DNA from: a virus
Taxonomy: Duplodnaviria > Caudoviricetes
Reading direction: 5' to 3' (one strand)
DNA length: 58,225 nt
Virus record (IMG/VR): IMGVR_UViG_3300018481_000025
Span: 1 to 58,225 of that record
Shown piece by piece: positions 37,001-46,675 of the stretch (position 1 is the stretch's first letter; each line of letters begins with the position of its first letter). Both the position numbers and the translations under genes were made by a program. The notes under the pieces are model-generated. The model saw only the letters and a program-made list of their open reading frames with translations, was not told the DNA's origin and did no database searches.

Positions 37001-40000
37001 TGCGGGCAGCTGGCATCACCGGGCCATCGCTGGCGGCGCGCGAGCAAAAGCAGGCGTTTGAGAAGACCAAGCGACGGCTACGGCGACCGAAGACGTCGGT
37101 CAGTGAACGGGTGCTGCAGCGTCGGCGGAACAACCTTGCCAACGACATTGCCGCGTTCAATGAAAAGCTTGGTACGCTGTCTGATCCGAAAACCGGCACG
37201 TTGCACTTACGGCGACCGGCGGCACGAGCCGAGCGGCAGGCGCTGCTCGACCGCATTCAGAAGCTGGGCGATCCCGACAACATCATGTCTCGTGCCTTGC
37301 TTGACCTAAAGCCGGTCGCAACGCCGACGGAACGGTTCAATCAAATTACCAACCAACTGGAGGCGATGGGGCACCTGTCGTCGTTGGAGTTTGTGCGCTC
37401 CCCGCAGGTCTATGATTTGCTGACCGAGATGCAGACAATCAATGCGGAGCGCGAAAGGACGAGCCGTCAGCCGCTCCCCGTTCCGGCTTGGCTGCAGAAG
37501 AAGATCAGGACGGGTCAGGCTCGGGCCCGCCTGCCGAAGCCGGTCAATGAAAATATCCAGCGTCGTTACGAAACGGCCCGCAGCTGGTACATGCAGCGCA
37601 TGTCGCGGGAGTGGCAGGAGGTTATTCAAGATAACGCTCCTACTCCGGTCTACGACTTCCCGCGCCCCGGTGGTGAGGAAGCGCAGCTGCCTGAAGGCAC
37701 CAAGCTATCTGAGTTTACACCTGCCGGGTTCCGACGCGTCCATGATGTGCGGTGGGATCCAGAAGAGAAAGCGTGGGTACCTAAGGGAGAAGGTCGTTGG
37801 CAGGCCAAGGGTGATTGGGCAGGCAGGGTTGCCAACATTCCCCGGCATCAGGGTGAAGTGACAACCGAGACGGCTGAGCCGCAGGCGCGTAAGTGGCAGG
37901 CCAAGCCGCAGATTTGGGATCCGAAAAGGGAAGTCTGGCGGGACATGTACCCGCGCGAGTTTGACATGCGCAGGCAGCTGCTCGACGTCAAGCCGCTTCC
38001 GCTGGCGGATGCAGAGCAGCGAGCGGCCGAGGAAAGGTACGCGCAGGCATATCTCGCACGGCGTGAGGCGGCAGCACGGCAGCGTGCCATCGAGGGTAAG
38101 CCACCGCTTGTCGGCAAGGAGAAGCTGCCGACCCTGCAGGAGATGATCGAGAAGTTCCGTAAGGGTCGCTACAAGCGGAGCCGCAGCCAGCAGGCCACCG
38201 ACCTCAAGGCGGACTACTATGTAGACCGAGAACTCGAATACAGGAATTCCATCTGGACGCAGCTGAAGCGCAGCTTCGGCGGCCCGGAGAAAATGCAGGC
38301 GTTCCTGATGGAGTTGATGGCAGTCAGCGCACGGCGGTTCCCAGCGCAGCCAGAGGAGCTACGGCACCGTGCCGTCGCCGAGAAGGGCCGCCAGCTCGCC
38401 ATCCCGATGACGCCTGAAGAAGCCGTCAACATCGAGCTGTACGGCACACCTGCTCAGATGAAGGAAGCGGAGCAGCTGGCGCTTAAGAAAAGTGAGCGGA
38501 ATGTTTTCACGATCAGGCAGGCGCAACAGGCCCGCCCCGAAACAGTGGCAGAGCGTGAAGCCCGTGAGCTGGCTGAGTTTACCGGGGAAGCCAAGCGTGC
38601 TCGTGCAACGGCAGCACCGAAAGTCAGCCAATTTGTATTGAACAAATATCATGAGGAGGTGGACGCCTACTACGTAGCCAAGGAAAAGCAGTATGCCATG
38701 ACGCGGCGGCTGCAGAAGTTCCTCGACGATGCGATTGCCCGCACGCAGAAGGACATCCTTAGCTTTACGAAAAAGAACAACATCACGGCAGGTAGAGGCC
38801 AAGGATCTATCAATTGGCTGCTGCCTGAGCCCAAGCGAGAGAGGCGTGAGATCCCCGGCCTTGCCCAGATGACGAAAGAGGAGGCAGAGGTAGCGATTGC
38901 CGCGTCGATCATGGAGGTGATGAACAAGAAGCAGTACGCGGTCGGCGTCAATAACCCACGCTTCGACTGGTACAACATTGCCACCGACATGCTCAAGTTG
39001 TCGGAGACATTGCGCCACGCATTGGCGGGTGCCGCTCCGGCGTTCGATGCAAAGCTGAAAATCCGTGACCAGTTCACCGGCGAAGACGTCACACGGTTTG
39101 GCACGGGGGTGTTGCCGCAAGACATAGCCCGTCGCTATCTGGTACCGCTCAGTGCCACCCGCACATCGTCCGGTCTGCTGGCCGACTACCTGCTCGACCT
39201 GCACGCGATGGCCAACCTCGACTTGGATACGATCCGCTACGGTCGCAAGCTGCGGTCGGAGGCGACGACGGATCGCTACACCGAGGCAGGCATCCTCGCT
39301 GGTGTCGAGGGCGAGCTGGCACAGGAACGGCTCGACGAACTCATTGCCCGCCAGTCCGACCTGCCCGAGCAGCTGCTGCTCGGTGGGTCGAAGGCAATGA
39401 CGACCAAGGAAAAACCCGACGATCAGGTCGTCCAGAATATCTACGAGCAGCAGCTCAAGGACCAGCAGGAGGAGCGTGAGCGCCTGAAGAAGCGCGGTGA
39501 CAACCGCACCTTGGATGAGATCCGTCAGGAGCAGGCAGAGGCGCTGGCCAAGGAGTTCCCGTTATCTAACACGGCGGTTGGCGGCGTAGCTCCTCGACGG
39601 CCGTTCACTGGCGTCGCGCGCAAGACCGAAATGAACAGGCCGACCCGTGTGCTGACGGATGCGCAGTATGCCAAGTACGGACGACGGGTGGGCATCGGTG
39701 ATGTCGTCACGCCTGCGATGGAGACGACCAAGGGCGACTATATGATCGACCCCAAGGGTCGTATTTACCTGCTGAAGGATAGTCACCCAGCGACCTTCAC
39801 CGCGATGGATCGTGAGGCAGGCTACGACGTCGACAACGAAGAAAGCCTCTATACGACCGGCGACAATCCGTTAGTGCGGGTGTCGTCGTTTACCTATCAT
39901 CCCGACGCAGATGATCCGGCAGGCACTGACTACAATCATTCAGTCAACGTCGAAGCCTACAAAGGCGGCGTAACGCGTGCACAGAAGACTACCATCGACC

Positions 40001-43000
40001 GCATTCGGGCGGCAGCCAAGGAAGCTGCCCGTGAAGGTTGGAACGTCAACCATACTGAGGAAGTAACCACCGACTACGGCGGCAACTACTACGTTAACAT
40101 GGATGCCGTCACTATTACGGATGAGCCCTACCGGGGAATGCCGCTCGATGGCGACATAAGCAACATCGAGGTCGTCGATGGTCGTGGCTTGCCGATCAAT
40201 CGCCTGCGGCCTCGGCCACCGAGTGTACGACGTGGCCGCGACGAGTACGGCGTCGACCGTTGGAACCCGTCTCGCGAATACGAGGTGATGGACGAGGCGT
40301 ATAACGAACTCGCCGCACCGGGTGAGCCATCGCACCCGCTGATCTCGACACCTGAGACGACCCGCGATGCCCTCGAACGGCTGAGCGATATGGTGAACAC
40401 GGGCGAGGTCGGGAACCTGCCGAAGCAGTATATCTCACCACGCCTGCTCGACCAGCTCGCTACCATCACCAGCGGCACCAGCCTCTACCACGCGCCGTAC
40501 GATGCCGTGAGCAACGTCGGCAACACCGGACCCGGATACTACGATATCAGCACCGACCGCATCAGCGTGTCGTCTGACGTCCACCCGGAACTCTACGCCC
40601 AGACCGTTCTGCATGAGGTTGGCCACGCTGCCACCAATGCACTGCTGACAAGCGATGTGCGGTTCGGCGAGACGATGCGTGACCTTCTGGTCAAGGCGGT
40701 GACTAAGGCAGGTGATGATGGTGTCAACCTCAACCGGTTGCCCGACCATCTCTACGGCCTGACAGGCGTCCACGAGATCATCCCCGAGATGATGGCGAAC
40801 CAGCGGTTCCGTGACTTCCTGCAGACGGTGCCGTCAGGAGAGCATCCGGTTATTACTGGTGCGAAGAACGTCGCCAACGCCATCTACCGCGCCATCCTCG
40901 ACGCTTTCCGTCGCGTGATGGGTACGTACAATGGGAAGACTGCCCTCGACATTCTGTTCTATGACCAGTCGACGGTGCTCGGCAAAGCCGACCGCATGGT
41001 GCAGAACAAGCTCAAGAAAATGGAGCGCACTGGCCGTCCTGCCTACTCGCCGGTCGACGTTCAGCAACGGCAGTTCCGGCCGGGCATCGAGGTGCCGGGG
41101 TCGAACCGTCTTTACCTCGGTGCCGGAGCCAAGGCGTTCGCCGCCGACATGGCTGAAGGCTTTGGCCGAGCAGGCAGCCGCATGGGCTACCACCTGCAGT
41201 CGGCCGTCAAAGGCGACAAGGTACGGGCGCGCGGTCTGGATTGGATGACCACCTCCGACATGACGCAGATTGGCTCGGAGGAATTCCGTCGTCTGTCGGA
41301 GAATGCGTTCGAGACGATGGAGAAAATCTTCGCGCTGGGCAACGAGCTGCGTGACAAGGACCGCAAGGAACTGAAGGCGATCGCTGACATCTACAACGGC
41401 TGGAGCAAGGAAGCCCGGCAGGACGTTGCGGCATTCTCGATCGACCTCACCATGCATGGTGCCTTCACGGGTGAAGTCGTGCGCGGCCGGTGGACCCCCT
41501 ACTCGCTGATCCACAGCAAGAACCGGCATGTCGACCCGACCAGCATCGCATGGGAGCAGGTCGTCCAAGAACACAAGAAGATGCAGGACCGCCACGTCGA
41601 CCTGCGGCAGCTGCCAAAGTTCGATGAGTTCCTCGATCGCATCCTGAAGTTCGGCGAGCAGCACGAGGAGCAGATCCGCAAGGCCCGCCTGCGCGATCTG
41701 ATCAAGTTCTCCAGCTTCATCCCCGACAACATCGTCGAAGGCACGCCCGAGCATGCACGGCTGGTCGATGCGCTGGAGCGGCTGATCAGCCTTGAACCCC
41801 GACGTGACGTCAACGGCAACATCATCGGCATGAACTTGGCGTATATCCAGCGCAAGCTCAGCCCTGCCGACGTTGCGCTCATCCAGCAGCATGTCGACCT
41901 GACCGATGAAGTGACCAAGGAGCTGATGCGGGACCTGCACAAGGTGCCCGACATTCAGAAGCTGCAGGGTCCGTATCTGCCGCTGACCCGGCAAGGTGAC
42001 TGGGCGCTGTCGGGTGAGTTCACCCTGCCTGCCGCACCCAACGGCTTCCAGCTGCACGGTGACGTCAACCGCCTGACCGGTGCGCCGATCGACGAAGGCA
42101 AGGTGGCGTTCCGCACCAAGGATGAGGCCAAGGCGTACGTCAAGAAGGTGACGGAGGAGCTGGGCATCACCCAGACTGACGGCGGCGAAGTCTGGATCGA
42201 CATGGACAGCGGCCAACGTCCAAGGGTGCGCGGCTTGAAGCCGCCGAGGAAGAAGCAGGCGACGCGCGACCCGACCAAGAAGGCAGCACGGGCTGGTGAA
42301 AACCTCGAAGCAGAAAATCTGGCGCTGGCGACCGACAAGCAGATCCAAGACCTGATCGACCAAGGCGCGAACATCCAGAAGGTCTACTGGGTGCAGTTCC
42401 AGCGCAAAGTACTGACGATGCACGCCAACGAGTACGAGGCGCAGCAGGCATACGAGGGATGGCGGCGGCCGGTGAAGGAGGGCGGGCGGGGCATGACCGA
42501 GGCCCAGCTCAAGCTCACCGAGCCCAAGGACGTGCTGCAGTACGACGCCCGGCAGAACGAGCAGTACGTCTCGACGGCGATGCAGAAGCTGATCAACCAC
42601 ATGCGCCAGTCGCCTGCCTACAAACGGCTCGACGCGGCAGCGCAGTCAGCACTGACCCGTGTGATGACGTTGGCATCGGAGACTTACGCCATGCGGCGCG
42701 GCGTCAAGCAGCGCTACCTGCCGCGCGGCTACGTCGAAGGTGCATCGCATAACATCCTGCAGTCGCTCGACGACTACTCGGCGATGGCGACGCACTACGA
42801 GGCAAAGGTCGAGCACGCCAGCGAGCTGGCTAACACCACACGGGCACAGAAGGAGTACATCACCAGCCGTCCATACGAGAGCGGCGACCGCAACACGCTG
42901 GCTCATCAGCGTGTCTACAACGCCATGCAAAAGCGCATTCACGCGCCCAAGCAGAACCCGCGCGACACGATGCTGAACCGCAACGTCGACCGGGCACTGC

Positions 43001-44637
43001 GCTGGACCATGCTCGATAAGCTGCCAAGCATCGGCTACTTCACCGCCAACGCCACACAGGCATGGGCGGTAGCCGCGCCGCTGATGATGGGTCGACACAG
43101 CCCGCTGCGCGTCGCCTCGACGATGTGGCAGATGTACAAGATCTTCGGCCTCACCAAGATGCTGAGAAACGCAGGCCATGATCTGGCGCAGGCCATCAAG
43201 CGCGGTGAGAACAAGGTCGACTACCTCGTCGAGATGACCAACGCGGTCAATGCGTCGAAGCTGTCGCCGGAGCGTAAGGCTGGCCTGATCGCTATGCTGG
43301 AGAAAGGTGCCAAGCGCGGTGCGTTCGACCGCAGCGGCAGCATCGAGTATCAGGGCGGCTTCGCCGACAATCCCAACATGGTCGACCGTGCTGCCGACTG
43401 GGCACAGGGCGTCTTCCAAGGCGTCAACAGCTCGATCGAGGCGATGAACCGGTTCGTCACCTTGGCGACTGCCTACTCGCTGGAGGCTGACAAGGGCACG
43501 GCCCACGACGAAGCGTCGCGTTACGCCTTCCGCATTACGCACAATTCGAACGGACAGTACGCCAACTACAACGCACCGGAACGGTTCAATACCGGACCGA
43601 TCGCCCGCATGCTGTTCCAGTTCAAGAAGTTCCCCCAGATGCTGGCGATGAACTACATCCGGGGAGCACAGGGTGTGATCGGACTGGTGCGTGGTGAGCG
43701 CACGGCGGAGAACATCGAGCGGGCCCGGCAGCTGGCGGCACTGCTGGCGGTGCAGTTCCTGCTGGCCGGTGCGCTCGGTATGCCGACCGAGCTGTTCGCC
43801 ATCCCGATCAACACGCTGCACTTCTTGGGCTTCATCAAGTACAACACCAACGATATCTCCGCTGGCTTCCGCCAGTGGGCCGCCGACAAGTTCGGTGTGA
43901 CCGGCGGCGTCGCCGTTTCGCACGGTATGCTCGATGCTCTGACCGGCCTCAGCATCTCGTCCCGCCTCAGCCAGTCATCGGTGCTGACGTCGGGTGCGGC
44001 ACGCACAACCAAGCCGCAGGATATCAACGGCATGCTCGGAGCGTTCTTCTTCGGTGCCACCGCCAGCACCGGCATCGAGCTGGCGCAGGCGTCGCAGCAT
44101 CTCAATCAGGGGATCACGGCGCTGAGCCAAGGTGCGGACGACGTGGCCGTCCATCAGTTCATGAAGTTCGGCGAGAAGGTCGTGCTGTTCCGCACCTTCG
44201 CTGACGTCATGGCGGCGTCCAATGGTTTGACCCAAGAAGGCATGCGTGGTCCGTCCGGTCGTCAGCGGCAGGAGACCTACGGACCCTTCGAGTTCCTCGC
44301 CCGTGTTGCCGGGTTCCGGCCGCTGCGTGAGGCGGAGAGTGTCGAGGGTGCGATGGCGATCCGCAGCGCCACCGACCGCATCAAGGCCGAGCGCAAGGCA
44401 TTCAGCGATAACTGGGCGCGCTCGACGTCAGCCCAGCAGCAACAGATGTGGCCGACCATTCAGGAATGGAACAAAGGTAGACCGCCGGAACATCAGCTGA
44501 CCCGCAGCGAGCTGCTGAGGGCAGAGGCGACGCGGCTCAAGGCGGAGAAGCAGCCGCTCAAGGATCTCGGGCTGGCGACCGACCGGCAGATGCGGCCGTT
44601 CCTGCCGATGGCCAAGGCGTACGCGACAGGAGGTTAA
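34057..44637 (+). CDS. Giant (3526 aa) polyvalent/ejection protein with zincin-like HExxH and PLxRFG-like domains
   Basis: VLHEVGH (HEVGH at 40612-40626) plus downstream HEIIPEMMANQRF; YLPLTRQGDW (about 41974-42003); LFQFKKFP C-terminal region. Confidence 0.85.
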   Translation: MRNRFGTAQYLSGEVYRDPNQPEEPNKDSRTWTETAIDTASDFLGAAATIPRTITHAMRAGTAYLPEKTAIPGTPGEISEVPIPGQDVFGTPASGVMRDIDVGMGEVEKNIRDWQSPYSKELAKASVLPGYGERSFWDTPFASTGKFLAGSAPYAILALATGGGSLVAQGTGVAAQGVFGQAEGWNQLQDYTDQTPREKLLKDSPVFEEYLRQYPGDEKAARQALYNDTVDLKAQFASGIANAAEFGALLDGLNKSKRSLALGMARFIPVVGKFLPARVGRAVGGTLEGGVSGFAEGATDAYISELAKVRTGEQEAINVSEIPKGGWQGAGFGPGVGAWHAIAPSPVKEWDKGILQTLGSQINGGTTQQQPAPGQGTPPAGGPGAPPPGGPAGAPGAMPPGGPGAAPPGGPTPGGGPTRRRGPVTDVEDTSGQPTAPLVVPGRQIRPEELGVETGQQAAAPLDRAPPMPDDFVPEGDPAYQFTTGKGSRYWHFDDNTTVRNKAPRPEHPGDQGFKAKSETTFYANEDHLNQMGSLMQATSTFGKVMAQHPRTGQWGVMYTSGPSKGKWERRTMGTVSTEPQVGLYPVETWNRGKRFHFGNAITEVKPLRAAAPAAAAGAAAPATPTAPAAAAPAQPYMDISSQEVGPPTQPAGPATWAAGDFQYDVEVTPAPPEQGPDGRMYQQVLHEGQAQWVPADELTARADRSRSESPEVEKARRAFEQHEGRASAQQMRQAAWQQESDRLYNAWKEAEMEERREGAGLPRKSPVAPRSVSAKALTKDQILKIRAGMAVLDPDTRRAFATNLHRRQSATQDVDRHSIPEWMSAEGGPLTDKQYAALANALDNNPDQTIELIGQRPFETTREGVQEHYTQRVAERKEAEAEEAQQAEEATQRARGERRPSADVTIPDLKRPPRRVTAELNTEMQALEASLRGYQVNRKQQTPQRWRALRRRAELIDRELQAQGFQPRFVNWLGPAPAETVRAAGITGPSLAAREQKQAFEKTKRRLRRPKTSVSERVLQRRRNNLANDIAAFNEKLGTLSDPKTGTLHLRRPAARAERQALLDRIQKLGDPDNIMSRALLDLKPVATPTERFNQITNQLEAMGHLSSLEFVRSPQVYDLLTEMQTINAERERTSRQPLPVPAWLQKKIRTGQARARLPKPVNENIQRRYETARSWYMQRMSREWQEVIQDNAPTPVYDFPRPGGEEAQLPEGTKLSEFTPAGFRRVHDVRWDPEEKAWVPKGEGRWQAKGDWAGRVANIPRHQGEVTTETAEPQARKWQAKPQIWDPKREVWRDMYPREFDMRRQLLDVKPLPLADAEQRAAEERYAQAYLARREAAARQRAIEGKPPLVGKEKLPTLQEMIEKFRKGRYKRSRSQQATDLKADYYVDRELEYRNSIWTQLKRSFGGPEKMQAFLMELMAVSARRFPAQPEELRHRAVAEKGRQLAIPMTPEEAVNIELYGTPAQMKEAEQLALKKSERNVFTIRQAQQARPETVAEREARELAEFTGEAKRARATAAPKVSQFVLNKYHEEVDAYYVAKEKQYAMTRRLQKFLDDAIARTQKDILSFTKKNNITAGRGQGSINWLLPEPKRERREIPGLAQMTKEEAEVAIAASIMEVMNKKQYAVGVNNPRFDWYNIATDMLKLSETLRHALAGAAPAFDAKLKIRDQFTGEDVTRFGTGVLPQDIARRYLVPLSATRTSSGLLADYLLDLHAMANLDLDTIRYGRKLRSEATTDRYTEAGILAGVEGELAQERLDELIARQSDLPEQLLLGGSKAMTTKEKPDDQVVQNIYEQQLKDQQEERERLKKRGDNRTLDEIRQEQAEALAKEFPLSNTAVGGVAPRRPFTGVARKTEMNRPTRVLTDAQYAKYGRRVGIGDVVTPAMETTKGDYMIDPKGRIYLLKDSHPATFTAMDREAGYDVDNEESLYTTGDNPLVRVSSFTYHPDADDPAGTDYNHSVNVEAYKGGVTRAQKTTIDRIRAAAKEAAREGWNVNHTEEVTTDYGGNYYVNMDAVTITDEPYRGMPLDGDISNIEVVDGRGLPINRLRPRPPSVRRGRDEYGVDRWNPSREYEVMDEAYNELAAPGEPSHPLISTPETTRDALERLSDMVNTGEVGNLPKQYISPRLLDQLATITSGTSLYHAPYDAVSNVGNTGPGYYDISTDRISVSSDVHPELYAQTVLHEVGHAATNALLTSDVRFGETMRDLLVKAVTKAGDDGVNLNRLPDHLYGLTGVHEIIPEMMANQRFRDFLQTVPSGEHPVITGAKNVANAIYRAILDAFRRVMGTYNGKTALDILFYDQSTVLGKADRMVQNKLKKMERTGRPAYSPVDVQQRQFRPGIEVPGSNRLYLGAGAKAFAADMAEGFGRAGSRMGYHLQSAVKGDKVRARGLDWMTTSDMTQIGSEEFRRLSENAFETMEKIFALGNELRDKDRKELKAIADIYNGWSKEARQDVAAFSIDLTMHGAFTGEVVRGRWTPYSLIHSKNRHVDPTSIAWEQVVQEHKKMQDRHVDLRQLPKFDEFLDRILKFGEQHEEQIRKARLRDLIKFSSFIPDNIVEGTPEHARLVDALERLISLEPRRDVNGNIIGMNLAYIQRKLSPADVALIQQHVDLTDEVTKELMRDLHKVPDIQKLQGPYLPLTRQGDWALSGEFTLPAAPNGFQLHGDVNRLTGAPIDEGKVAFRTKDEAKAYVKKVTEELGITQTDGGEVWIDMDSGQRPRVRGLKPPRKKQATRDPTKKAARAGENLEAENLALATDKQIQDLIDQGANIQKVYWVQFQRKVLTMHANEYEAQQAYEGWRRPVKEGGRGMTEAQLKLTEPKDVLQYDARQNEQYVSTAMQKLINHMRQSPAYKRLDAAAQSALTRVMTLASETYAMRRGVKQRYLPRGYVEGASHNILQSLDDYSAMATHYEAKVEHASELANTTRAQKEYITSRPYESGDRNTLAHQRVYNAMQKRIHAPKQNPRDTMLNRNVDRALRWTMLDKLPSIGYFTANATQAWAVAAPLMMGRHSPLRVASTMWQMYKIFGLTKMLRNAGHDLAQAIKRGENKVDYLVEMTNAVNASKLSPERKAGLIAMLEKGAKRGAFDRSGSIEYQGGFADNPNMVDRAADWAQGVFQGVNSSIEAMNRFVTLATAYSLEADKGTAHDEASRYAFRITHNSNGQYANYNAPERFNTGPIARMLFQFKKFPQMLAMNYIRGAQGVIGLVRGERTAENIERARQLAALLAVQFLLAGALGMPTELFAIPINTLHFLGFIKYNTNDISAGFRQWAADKFGVTGGVAVSHGMLDALTGLSISSRLSQSSVLTSGAARTTKPQDINGMLGAFFFGATASTGIELAQASQHLNQGITALSQGADDVAVHQFMKFGEKVVLFRTFADVMAASNGLTQEGMRGPSGRQRQETYGPFEFLARVAGFRPLREAESVEGAMAIRSATDRIKAERKAFSDNWARSTSAQQQQMWPTIQEWNKGRPPEHQLTRSELLRAEATRLKAEKQPLKDLGLATDRQMRPFLPMAKAYATGG
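35963..35978 (+). promoter_or_regulatory. Palindrome copy 11 (inside giant gene)
   Basis: cttata tgga tataag encoding PYMDIS in an Ala/Pro linker. Confidence 0.75.
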
Positions 44638-44638
44638 T

Positions 44639-44812
44639 GTGGACGACGCCAAGATCAGGAGGCTGGTCGACGACCCGGACAACGGCCGCTGGAAGACCGT
44701 GAAGGGGCGGCGGATGTTCACGCCGAACATGGGCATCTTCGACAAAATCCAGCCCATGGAACTTGCCAAGTACTTCGACGGCAGCGAGAAAGAACTTCTC
44801 AATATGCCGTAG
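44639..44812 (+). CDS. Small hypothetical protein (57 aa)
   Basis: Hand-translated; GGAGG then GTG; DDAKIRRLVDDPDNGRWK.. Confidence 0.5.
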   Translation: MDDAKIRRLVDDPDNGRWKTVKGRRMFTPNMGIFDKIQPMELAKYFDGSEKELLNMP

Positions 44813-44828
44813 CTTATATGCATATAAG
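44813..44828 (+). promoter_or_regulatory. Palindrome copy 12 (overlaps RBS AAGGAG)
   Basis: cttata tgca tataag gag cgcgcc ATG. Confidence 0.8.
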
Positions 44829-44837
44829 GAGCGCGCC

Positions 44838-44996
44838 ATGAAGGTCGTGAAAGCCAAGCCCAAGAACAACATCGTGTCGGCGGCCAAGCCGATGCCCAGC
44901 ATCACCGAGAAGGAAGACAATGATAAGGGCTCGGTCAGCTTTCGCGGGCCGGGGGTCAACGTCAAGACGACCAAGAGCTACAAGAAGGGGAAGTGA
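44838..44996 (+). CDS. Small Lys-rich protein
   Basis: MKVVKAKPK..YKKGK. Confidence 0.6.
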   Translation: MKVVKAKPKNNIVSAAKPMPSITEKEDNDKGSVSFRGPGVNVKTTKSYKKGK

Positions 44997-44997
44997 C

Positions 44998-45720
44998 ATG
45001 GCCCAGCAAAACAAAACTTTCGGCGAGACGCTGGCCGAGCAGTCGGGTGGTAGGCCACGTCAAACACGGGAAGAGTTCCTCGCTGACCCCGAGACCCAGC
45101 GCATCATGAAAGAGGCGCAGGATGCGGTCATGCAGGGCTATCAGTACAAGACGGATGACAGCCTGCGCGCTGACCCGACAGACAAGCCACGAGCGGGGCC
45201 ACCGGCTGCACGAGGACCGGCACCACCGCTGAACCAGCCGCCGATCGCCCCGCCCTCGACACCGGGTCAACCCATCGTGCGCGGCAAGGGCGCGCGTCCC
45301 GGCATGCCGCGTGCCGGTGGCGGGAGGGGCGGACCCGTCCATCCGATCATGCCGCAGATGCGGCCGAGTATGCCCAACCCGGATGCCCCCACTAACCCGC
45401 TCGGGCTCAGTCCCAACAGTCCGTTCAAGTATGAAAGCGGCGGTGCGGTGAAGAAGTCGTCGTCCCCCAGAGGCGGTGCGAAAGGTAAGGACGGCAGAGA
45501 AGCGGTCGCCGGTCTTCTTAGCGATTACTTGGGAGACCGGCTGATGAGAAGGTATAGGGAGGAAGCCGCTATAGACGCGCAGTTACGGCCTGTCAGTGCC
45601 GGGCCGTCACCATCGGTATCGGGCGTCCCGATGTACGCTAAGGGCGGCAGGGTTTCCGACTTCGGCTTCGCCAAAGGCGGCGGCACCAACTACGGCAAGG
45701 ATTACCGCAAGGGGAAGTGA
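44998..45720 (+). CDS. Pro/Gly-rich protein with [FY]xxGG motifs
   Basis: YESGGAV, YAKGGRV, FAKGG. Confidence 0.65.
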   Translation: MAQQNKTFGETLAEQSGGRPRQTREEFLADPETQRIMKEAQDAVMQGYQYKTDDSLRADPTDKPRAGPPAARGPAPPLNQPPIAPPSTPGQPIVRGKGARPGMPRAGGGRGGPVHPIMPQMRPSMPNPDAPTNPLGLSPNSPFKYESGGAVKKSSSPRGGAKGKDGREAVAGLLSDYLGDRLMRRYREEAAIDAQLRPVSAGPSPSVSGVPMYAKGGRVSDFGFAKGGGTNYGKDYRKGK

Positions 45721-45721
45721 C

Positions 45722-46255
45722 ATGGCGACCTATCGCGGCGGCGAGGCACCGGATTACGAAGGCTTCCAAGAGCACCTCGGCAAGCAGGGTACGCCCGGCC
45801 TAGAGAACATCGAGGAGGAGCTGAACCTGTGGCCCGAGGCAGGCACCGACCGTACCCGACGCCCCGGCGAGAAGGGCTACATGAAGGAGCAGCACATCGC
45901 TGGCTCGCCGACGCCCCGGATTAGGGGCAACCTGCCAGAGCCTGTAGGTGTAGACCGTGACGAAAGCCAAGGTCGTGAACTCCCGCAGCGACCCATGGAA
46001 TGGTACGAGCGGTCTCAGCCAAAGGGTACAAGCGCTGCAGGCAATTACGCACCCAATCCATGGGGGCCTTATCCCAAGCCGCCACCCGGCATATCAGCCG
46101 GGCGCGGCATGACCGACGCCGAGCTGGCCGAACTTCACCGAACCAACCCAGAGTATTACGGCGACCCAAAGGAGCAGTTTCAGCATGGCGGCATGGTCGA
46201 GCAGCCCAGCTGCAAGCACGGGTCGTCAACCGTTGTCACATGCAGGAGCAAGTGA
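45722..46255 (+). CDS. Hypothetical protein with FQHGGMV motif
   Basis: MATYRGG.. start 1 nt after the previous stop. Confidence 0.65.
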   Translation: MATYRGGEAPDYEGFQEHLGKQGTPGLENIEEELNLWPEAGTDRTRRPGEKGYMKEQHIAGSPTPRIRGNLPEPVGVDRDESQGRELPQRPMEWYERSQPKGTSAAGNYAPNPWGPYPKPPPGISAGRGMTDAELAELHRTNPEYYGDPKEQFQHGGMVEQPSCKHGSSTVVTCRSK

Positions 46256-46413
46256 TGCCGCTGAAAAAGGGAACTTCCCAGAAGGTCGTCTCGCAGAACA
46301 TCCGTACCGAGGTCGCGCATGGCAAGCCGCAAAAACAGGCCGTTGCCATTGCGATGGAGACCGCTCGGCGTAGCGGGGGCGGCACCGCTACTAAGCTGAA
46401 GAAAGCCAAGTAG
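46255..46413 (+). CDS. Small basic protein (DUF6496-like)
   Basis: MPLKKGTSQKVVSQNI..GKPQKQAVAIAM. Confidence 0.75.
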   Translation: MPLKKGTSQKVVSQNIRTEVAHGKPQKQAVAIAMETARRSGGGTATKLKKAK

Positions 46414-46415
46414 AA

Positions 46416-46667
46416 ATGGCCGCCCCCTCTGGCCGCGTCTACGACGCCTACGACCTAGCCTACTCGCGCCGCCCCGAGGTAAAGAAGAAACATGCCGAGC
46501 GTGTAAAAGCACGCCGCTGGATGATAAAGCGCTATGGCAAGGCAGCACTTGCTGGTAAAGACATCGACCACATCAGGTCGCTGAAGGCGGGGGGCACCAC
46601 GACAATGGGCAACATCCGCCCCCGCGACATCAGTGAGAACCGTGCAGACAAAACCTATTACAATTAG
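46416..46667 (+). CDS. Small HNH-type nuclease
   Basis: GKDIDHIRSLKAGG..GNIR..SENRA. Confidence 0.75.
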   Translation: MAAPSGRVYDAYDLAYSRRPEVKKKHAERVKARRWMIKRYGKAALAGKDIDHIRSLKAGGTTTMGNIRPRDISENRADKTYYN

Positions 46668-46675
46668 GAGACAGC

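Noticed and set aside
34057-44637. N4-like virion RNA polymerase (similar size; the hairpin motifs could be its promoters)
   Set aside because: No T7-type motif B or DxDGD catalytic motif was recognised by eye, and the PLxRFG-like and HExxH motifs fit a polyvalent ejection protein. A structure search is needed to exclude it fully.
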